A DNA stretch of 64,000 bases from Candidatus Binatia bacterium (GTDB lineage: Bacteria; Desulfobacterota; Binatia; Bin18): assembly GCA_963666315.2 (NCBI GenBank), contig CAXXHG010000039.1:32001-96000 (forward strand), read 5' to 3'. Below, in pieces: positions 60,243-64,000 of the stretch. Position 1 is the first letter of the stretch. Each line of letters opens with the position of its first letter. Under the pieces are notes generated by a model. It ran no database searches. It saw nothing but the letters and a program-made list of their open reading frames with translations, and was not told the origin of the DNA. The position numbers were made by a program, and so were the translations under genes.

Positions 60243-61341
60243 GAAGCTGAATAAAGGATTCCCAGCCGAACGCCTCGCATTTTGCCGCTATCGCTGCGTC
60301 ATAGGGCTTTGTAAGGAAATCGGTATATAAACGCTGAATCGCCCTGGCTACGTCATCCGAGTCTGGATCGGCGAGGACTCCCGTCTGTCCATCCTCAATA
60401 ATGTCGGGAAAGCCGCCGACCCGAGTCGCAATGACAGGTTTTCCAAAGCCATAGGCTAAGGCGATCGTCATGCTTTGGGACGCGGCGCGATACGGTAGAA
60501 CTAAGGCGTCGGTAGCCGCAAATAAGGCCGGCCACTCCGGCTTGCTGATATACCGATCAATAATCCGGACGCAATCATTGAGATGTAAAGATTGGACAAG
60601 ACTGCGGGTTACATCCACGGAAGTGTAAAACTCGCCAGCAACTAAGAGAGACACGCCCAGCTCTCGTGGCACCTTGGCCAAAGCGTGCAGCAGAATGTCC
60701 AACCCTTTGTAGGCACGCACATAACCAAAAAACAGAAGGACGCGGCCTGATACTCCAAGACGACGCTGGGCTTCTTCTCGGTCTGGTTGGGATTGTGAGG
60801 TCTCCAAAAGTGGATAGTCCAGAAAATGAACGCGTGTATCCGGAACAAGCGTTTTGATGAGATCGGAATCGGTGCGAGAGTGGACAATCACATCCGTACA
60901 GCGCTGGGCAACCCAGCGCAGCGCAAGGTCTTGGCCTGGAAGCGGCTCATGCGGGCGGGTATGGTGAGAGATCAAGATACGCGCCGTCCGAGGCAGGGCT
61001 GTGCGAAGAGCAGACAAAACGGAAATATAACACGGCGCAAAAAAAGGATGCCACCACTGAAAGGTTACGACGTCCGGAGCCCAGGCGACGATGTGTCGTG
61101 CCGTGCGCCACCAGCTGAGGGGATTGAGACTATCGAGGCAGGCGAGGGCCGAGGTCTGAGTGTGGTGAGGGGCAGCATCGTACTGGCTGCGGCCGGGGAA
61201 AAAAAATTGCGGATACAACCGAGAGAAATTGAGTTGTTCGACCCGGTGGCCGGCCAGCCGGAGTGCTTGGGCTCGGGCATCATTGTCAATGGCGATCCCT
61301 CCACGGAGCGGGGCTGAGGGGCCGACCAGAACACACTGCAT
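60220..61341 (-). CDS. glycosyltransferase family 4
   Basis: P.RGGIA, LYP..FFPG, QWWHPFF, LLFFGYVRAYKGLD, VLPY..ASQS, KPVIATRVGG motifs. Confidence 0.9.
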   Translation of the reverse strand: MQCVLVGPSAPLRGGIAIDNDARAQALRLAGHRVEQLNFSRLYPQFFFPGRSQYDAAPHHTQTSALACLDSLNPLSWWRTARHIVAWAPDVVTFQWWHPFFAPCYISVLSALRTALPRTARILISHHTRPHEPLPGQDLALRWVAQRCTDVIVHSRTDSDLIKTLVPDTRVHFLDYPLLETSQSQPDREEAQRRLGVSGRVLLFFGYVRAYKGLDILLHALAKVPRELGVSLLVAGEFYTSVDVTRSLVQSLHLNDCVRIIDRYISKPEWPALFAATDALVLPYRAASQSMTIALAYGFGKPVIATRVGGFPDIIEDGQTGVLADPDSDDVARAIQRLYTDFLTKPYDAAIAAKCEAFGWESFIQLLEERSAL

Positions 61342-61370
61342 AGCGCCGTTAACCAGAAGAGTTGCGCGAG

Positions 61371-62453
61371 TTATGAGGACGAGAGAGGCGACGGCGCCGT
61401 TCGAGCAGAAGCCGGATCGTGGGGCGCAGGCGGGTGCGGTCGATCGGCATCAATGCTGAGACGGCTGTTGTGTTGTGGGCTGTTGATGACCTCTACAATG
61501 CTACAGTCCTCACGCCGACCACTGAGGAAGATAAAGAGCTCAGCCATCAAACCAAAAAAGATGAACTGCAGGCCGGACAGGAGCAGAAAGATACCGACTA
61601 AGAAGAGCGGCCGGTTCCCAATCCACTGTCCGAATATCCATCCGAGCCCGAGGTAGACGATGATAGCGGTACCCAGGAGGCCACTGCTCAGTCCGATCAG
61701 GCCGAAGAAGTGCAGCGGCTTATGCGTATACCGCCCGAGCATCACCAGTGTGATGAGATCAAAAATACCGCTGAGCGAACGCGACCAGCCGTAGCGGGAA
61801 TGGCCATGTCGTCTGGGGAAATGCCGTACCGGCAGCTCCTCAATGCTAAAGCCGCGTTGGCGAGCAATGACGGGAACAAAGCGATGCATTTCGCCGTACA
61901 ATTTGAGTTCTTGTACCACCTGGTGGCGGTAGCCTTTGAGGCCGCAATTCATGTCGTGCAAAGTCAGGCCTGTCATAAACCGGGTACCGGCGTTGAACAG
62001 ATACGAACTGATAATCCGCGTCCAGTCGTCCTGGCGGTCTTGCTTCCAACCGCTCACGACATCTGTCCCTGCAGCCAATTGGTCGAGAAAACGTGGAATC
62101 TCTTCCGGAGCATCCTGCAGATCCGCGTCTATGGTGATGAGGAAATCCCCCTGGGCTCGGCTAAAGCCTTCTGACAATGCGGCTGCTTTTCCGTAATTGC
62201 GACGAAAGCGGATGGCGCACATATGTGGATACTGGGTTGAGAGCGTATGCAGGATCTCAGGCGTTTGATCCGTGCTGCCATCATCAATAATCAGGATTTC
62301 ATATGTATCGGAGCATTCTTGTAGCGTTCGGTCGATCCGCTCAAGAAGCTCGGGCAAGGCCTCAGCCTCATTAAACGCTGGGACAATGACTGAAACGTGC
62401 ATATTCTCCATTTCTGAGTATCTCTTCTCGTTTGGGGGCGAAACACAGCTCAA
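61371..62453 (-). CDS. GT2 polyprenol-phosphate glycosyltransferase (ArnC/GtrB-like)
   Basis: VPAFNE, DDGSTD, RRNYGKAAAL, DADLQD.PEEI, DMNCGLK, GEMHRF motifs. Two C-terminal TMs. Start uncertain. Confidence 0.9.
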   Translation of the reverse strand: MSCVSPPNEKRYSEMENMHVSVIVPAFNEAEALPELLERIDRTLQECSDTYEILIIDDGSTDQTPEILHTLSTQYPHMCAIRFRRNYGKAAALSEGFSRAQGDFLITIDADLQDAPEEIPRFLDQLAAGTDVVSGWKQDRQDDWTRIISSYLFNAGTRFMTGLTLHDMNCGLKGYRHQVVQELKLYGEMHRFVPVIARQRGFSIEELPVRHFPRRHGHSRYGWSRSLSGIFDLITLVMLGRYTHKPLHFFGLIGLSSGLLGTAIIVYLGLGWIFGQWIGNRPLFLVGIFLLLSGLQFIFFGLMAELFIFLSGRREDCSIVEVINSPQHNSRLSIDADRPHPPAPHDPASARTAPSPLSSS

Positions 62454-63421
62454 TCGGAGCGGGACTGCCGGACTACATCATCGGTTGGGGGCAAAGGATG
62501 ACGCAAGCCAGCGAGAAATCCCACCGTCCAGACAGTATAGCCTGGTATGAGAATGGGTAACAGAAGTGCGTACAGAACAAAAGACTGGAGGTGTGAAAGG
62601 AGGAGGCGGTGCGCGGTGCGTAGACTACGAATGAACGGCAGGCTGCAGGCTAGCCACGGATAGTCTTGGAACATCTGGCCGCGCAGGGGGACGATGCGGT
62701 GTGCAACCGCTGACCCAAACCCCAAGCGTCGCTGATGATGCAGGAAAGCGAGCAAGCCGGTCCGGTTCTGATGTGTGACCGTAATGTGAGGATCAAAGAG
62801 TATACGCTGTTTCTGCTGAGTAAGAAGAAAGTTAAATACCAGATCCTCAGCGCCAGGCGGCAGAGGACGAAATGGCCCGACCACGTCAAACACCTCTCGA
62901 CGAAAGCAAATATTACAGTGAGGAATCATCCCTACCAGGCGTGGCTGACCGAGAGGGAAGAACTCGTTGAATTCAATCAGATATGTGGCTGTCCCGACCA
63001 TGCTGCGCGGCGTTCCATTCGCAATTGCTCCGCCGACGGCGGCATAGTCTCCTGCCTGATGATGGGCGAGTAACCGTTTGAGCCAGTCTGCTGGGACCAC
63101 ACAATCTTGATCCGTAATGGCAATATACGCGGCTTGGGTATGTTGAATACCGATATTACGCGCGATCGACTGATGCGTTTGTTGCGCAAGTGGAACGACG
63201 GTTACCGTCGGGAAGTCGCGTTGAACGCGCTCGGCTGTGCCATCGGCAGAGCTATCAACAACAATAATCTCAAAGGCAGCGATCCCTTCTTGCTGTAAGA
63301 GTGCAGTCAGACAGTGATCAAGCAGTGGTCCTGGTTTAAATGCGGCAATGACCACGGCAACGTCTGGAGGCATACCTTTGCTCATGGTGGAGGTGGTGCT
63401 CGAAGATTGTTCCTGTGGCAT
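62450..63421 (-). CDS. glycosyltransferase family 2
   Basis: EIIVVDSS, ARNIG, TDQD, AED motifs. C-terminal hydrophobic segments. Confidence 0.88.
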   Translation of the reverse strand: MPQEQSSSTTSTMSKGMPPDVAVVIAAFKPGPLLDHCLTALLQQEGIAAFEIIVVDSSADGTAERVQRDFPTVTVVPLAQQTHQSIARNIGIQHTQAAYIAITDQDCVVPADWLKRLLAHHQAGDYAAVGGAIANGTPRSMVGTATYLIEFNEFFPLGQPRLVGMIPHCNICFRREVFDVVGPFRPLPPGAEDLVFNFLLTQQKQRILFDPHITVTHQNRTGLLAFLHHQRRLGFGSAVAHRIVPLRGQMFQDYPWLACSLPFIRSLRTAHRLLLSHLQSFVLYALLLPILIPGYTVWTVGFLAGLRHPLPPTDDVVRQSRSD

Positions 63422-63555
63422 TTCTTCCTCAGATCAGTCTCAATAGCAGTATGAAGAGAACGGTTCAAACCCTATACCTGCGTATTATCTAGTGCGAACA
63501 AGAGGGGTGTGGTAGAGAGGACAAGCTACTGCCGGCTTGCAGTCATAGGCGAAAT

Positions 63556-64000
63556 ATGCCGGACGATAAAAGACGCACGATGCAACGGCGCAGTCCGGTT
63601 CTCTCCCGGAAATCAATCGCCTTTGGACTCGAAAGGATGTTTGGCTGGCGGCTGTCGGCTTTCTATCAACACTGCCGTGTGTATGTGCGCCGTTGGCGCT
63701 CAAGACTTGCCCCTTATATTCGACCCTGGCTGGAACAACTGCGCCGTGATCCGTACCGTGTATGGGTGGGTGAGACGGACCGCCCGCAGGCTCAAATTGG
63801 GTCGTCCGGTTTCGATGCGATACCGTCTCAGCCTGTCCTGTCCATTGTATTGTTTGTCCAGGATCCAAACCGCAAATGGTTAAACGAGACGATCACCTCT
63901 ATTATACGCCAATCATCTCCCGACTGGGAGCTCTGGTTATGCCCAATCGGGGATGCGCAAACAACGCGTGCCGCCTGTGAACAGTACATGGCCCAAGATC
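63556..64000 (+). CDS. probable GT2-family protein, N-terminal part (runs off the window)
   Basis: Open frame from ATG 63556: ...YRVWV...QPVLSIVLFVQDPNRKWLNETITSIIRQSSPDWELWLC...EQYMAQD. Not in the ORF track. Confidence 0.6.
   Translation, partial: MPDDKRRTMQRRSPVLSRKSIAFGLERMFGWRLSAFYQHCRVYVRRWRSRLAPYIRPWLEQLRRDPYRVWVGETDRPQAQIGSSGFDAIPSQPVLSIVLFVQDPNRKWLNETITSIIRQSSPDWELWLCPIGDAQTTRAACEQYMAQD

Overview
Bacterial chromosomal window of about 56-58% GC by eye. Gene content suggests a Deltaproteobacteria-like lineage such as Binatota (inference only). Intact housekeeping genes include ald, folD, gcvT, a short uvrA, iscS-iscU-iscA-hscB-hscA-iscX, sppA, korAB, pepA, a family-5 UDG, truA and glycosyltransferases. 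They alternate with pathways in visible decay: gcvH/gcvPA/gcvPB, the cobinamide-salvage genes cbiZ/cbiB/cobD, and an acyl-CoA carboxyltransferase. The main structural feature is a ~13.3 kb phage-satellite-like integrative element (38852-52197). It is bounded by a perfect 19-bp direct repeat (CACCCGATTGTCCAGATGT) and inserted into the 5' end of a VOC/glyoxalase-family gene rather than a tRNA. It carries an xis-like HTH gene, a primase remnant, an SF4/AAA_25 helicase, an inverted-iteron origin, radC with a SymR-like antisense leader, a frameshifted tyrosine integrase, and decayed cargo (SET, aminotransferase IV, LRAT, amidase, BNR protein). Its right end supplies an in-frame replacement RBS and start codon for the interrupted gene. 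Other candidates of interest are an MMACHC/QueG-like Fe-S protein between truA and the B12 salvage genes, a UvrA lacking its insertion domain, and GTAG-type REPs that supply stop codons. No rRNA, tRNA or CRISPR array was recognised. All protein calls come from motif recognition, with no database searches.
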